A DNA stretch of 63,776 nucleotides, the filler included, from Craspedostauros australis (Eukaryota), in NCBI GenBank assembly GCA_030167865.1. It is 9 parts of 9 records of this genome, joined end to end, with 100 filler letters (N's around TTAATTAATTAA, not from the genome) between each part and the next. Parts side by side here need not be neighbours in the genome. Positions count along the whole stretch, not along the records: positions 61,799 to 63,776 come from JALAGF010004955.1; 8 more parts are not named here. One strand, given 5' to 3'. A model generated the notes under the pieces. The model had not been told where the DNA came from. It ran no database searches and saw only the letters and a list, made by a program, of their open reading frames with translations. Positions 61,799 to 63,776 of the stretch are shown one piece after another. The position numbers and the translations under genes are program-made. The stretch's first letter is position 1. Every line of letters begins with the position of its first letter.

Positions 61799-63776
61799 AG
61801 CAATCGTCCACGTAGATGGCCACGATCATGCTTCCTTCGTTCGTCTTCCTGTAGAACAGGCACGGGTCTGCTGCGCTCTGTTTGAAGTTGATATTCTTGA
61901 GGGTCGACACCAACATCTTGAACCATTGCCTGGCACTCTGCACAAGTCCGTAGATTGGCTTGTGTAGGGTCAGGGCTTCGTCTGGTTGATGATCCATCCC
62001 ATTGGACAGTTCATGTAGATCTCCTTGTCGAGGTCACCATGTAGGAATGCCATTACGACATTGACGAGTGCGCAGTCCATCTTCTTGATCAGCATGATCA
62101 CCATCATGACCCGATAGGTCACGTCATGGATGACGGGTGAATAATGCTCTTGGAAGTCCACTCCTGCGATTTGTGAATAGCCACATGCAACGAGTCGTGC
62201 TCGATGTGTGCCGTCACGCTTCAGCTTGAAGACCCATTTGCACTTGCAGCATCTGCGGCCGCGTGGGATGGCGTCTCGTTTGATCTTGCTGTACACCTTT
62301 CGTGTATCCATGGAGTCGAACTCCTTCTTGATGGCTGCTCGATATCCCTTTNGATGGATGGGATCTGGGTGATTGAAGGCTCCATCGAATGTCGTTGGTT
62401 CGATGTGCTTTTCTGGTTCCTTGTTCTCGTCCTGCATCGACAGTCCGATGTCGATCGCTGGTGCTTGGGTGATGATTGCGTTCATCCCGTATAGTCCTGT
62501 TGTGCTATGGTGAGTGATCTCGATCTCTTCTTCTTCGTCTACGATTTCTTCGTCATCTGTAGTTTCGTTGTTGGATTCGTCGGTTATCTCATCGCTCAGG
62601 TCGTCACTATTTTGGTTGGATGATGACTCGCTCTCATAACCTTCCTCCTTTCGACCTCGTTCGTTGAAGTCTGCGAGCTCACGCAGAGCTCTGGGAATGC
62701 TCTTCCCTGTAGTTGGCTTGAGGTTAGCTTCTCCCTTCCTGCCTCGTGCTTCATGACGTCGGATTCTCTCCTTTCTAGCTATGTCATGCTTGCTTGGTTT
62801 GCTTGGTGGAGATCTCAATGGTGTGTCATGTGTAGATCTCGCTGGTGTGTTTGGAGGAGTGACGCCTGTGTCATCGTCGGCTTCGTTGCCGGATAGTGCG
62901 GTCTCGTCATCCTCATGATTGGATTCGCTCCGATCTTCCTCGTCGTTATGGACTAGTTGAGTTACTGCTCCATTGTCCTCATCATCCTCGTCATCACTGT
63001 CTGATAGGATGTGGTATCTGTTGGTGTCAGCGAAAGATACTCTCTTCGCTTCTGATGTTCGACGCATTGCCGTTCTTGGCATTGCTCCCTTCCGTCCGAT
63101 GGTTGTGAAGCCGTCTGCGTCCGTTGTTCCTGCTTTGCTGGATATGTTCGGTGCTGGTGCCCAGCCACGGAACTGTCCGTATGATTGGTTGAGCCACTTG
63201 ATGTCGCGAGAACAGACCAACGATTTGGTTGATGGTCTGTACATGTTGTAGACTCCTGATGTGTGTTGGTGTGCATATCCAATGAACACCATCTCCTCTC
63301 CTCTATTCTTGAGCTTGGCGGTGATCCCACCGTAGGTAGTCTTCACAACACCCACCTCTCCGAATGTGCGGAGTGCATCCGCATATGGTAGATCGCTGCC
63401 AAAGAATCGTCAATGTGGTGACTCTTTCTGATTCTTCGCTACGGTGATGTTGGTGATGGCGGTGGCAGTGCTCGCAGCTGCTGCCCACAGGCTATGCCTA
63501 TACTCTTTGTCGAGTTGTGCTCCGTTGAGCATGGAGCGGGTTTTGGTGTAGAGATATGCGAACTTGCGCTCGACTCTACCGTTCTGTTGTGGCGTGTTGG
63601 ACGCCGTGAGCTCGAATTTCGCATTCAGTCCAGCCTCGATGAGAGTATCTTGTGTGGCCTTGTTCTCTCCGCTGTTGTCTCCTCGGAAGATGATTTGTTG
63701 ATCACCTGTGTGTGATTTGATTGTCTGGACGAATCGCTTGATGTATCCGGGCTGGTCACTCTTGTTCTTCAAGAAG
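61799..63776 (-). mobile_element. Decayed Ty1/copia element (integrase + RT), different lineage from the 29.5-kb CoDi
   Basis: Integrase RGDNSGEN…TPQQNGRVER; RT KWVFKLK, RARLVACGYSQIAGVDF, IYGLVQSARQW, IYVDD. There is an in-frame stop at 63412-63410, a frameshift near 61995, and the first RT Asp has changed to Asn. Confidence 0.92.

Overview
This is eukaryotic nuclear DNA, almost certainly from a diatom: it has a silicon-transporter (SIT) gene, a plastid bipartite-targeted LHC-like protein and CoDi-type Ty1/copia elements. The window is not one locus. Eight 100-nt N/TTAATTAATTAA/N linkers join nine separate contigs, so adjacency across linkers means nothing. Host genes are an LHC-like one-helix protein, a trypsin, an ankyrin-repeat protein, SIT, a Cys-rich secreted protein, a CCCH zinc-finger protein, fragments of ketopantoate reductase, ammonium transporter, GPCR-like and BTB genes, and a Myb/SANT-like ORF. 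About half of the window is transposon-derived: a near-complete CoDi copia, a second decayed copia, two RNase H-bearing LINEs, an ISL2EU/Harbinger-type element, an unclassified TIR element, a tyrosine-recombinase relic, a TRIM and nested solo-LTR-like inserts. The most striking signal is that three unrelated LTR-type elements appear to carry their own reverse-transcription primer. (i) A 364-bp TRIM encodes in its 97-bp LTR a 45-nt mini-tRNA whose 3' end plus CCA is complementary to the element's own PBS. (ii) The CoDi copia PBS is the perfect 15-nt complement of a sequence inside its own LTR, a Tf1-like self-priming geometry. (iii) A 206-bp solo-LTR-like insert carries a full-length tRNA-like gene. 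All calls were made by eye and no database searches were run.
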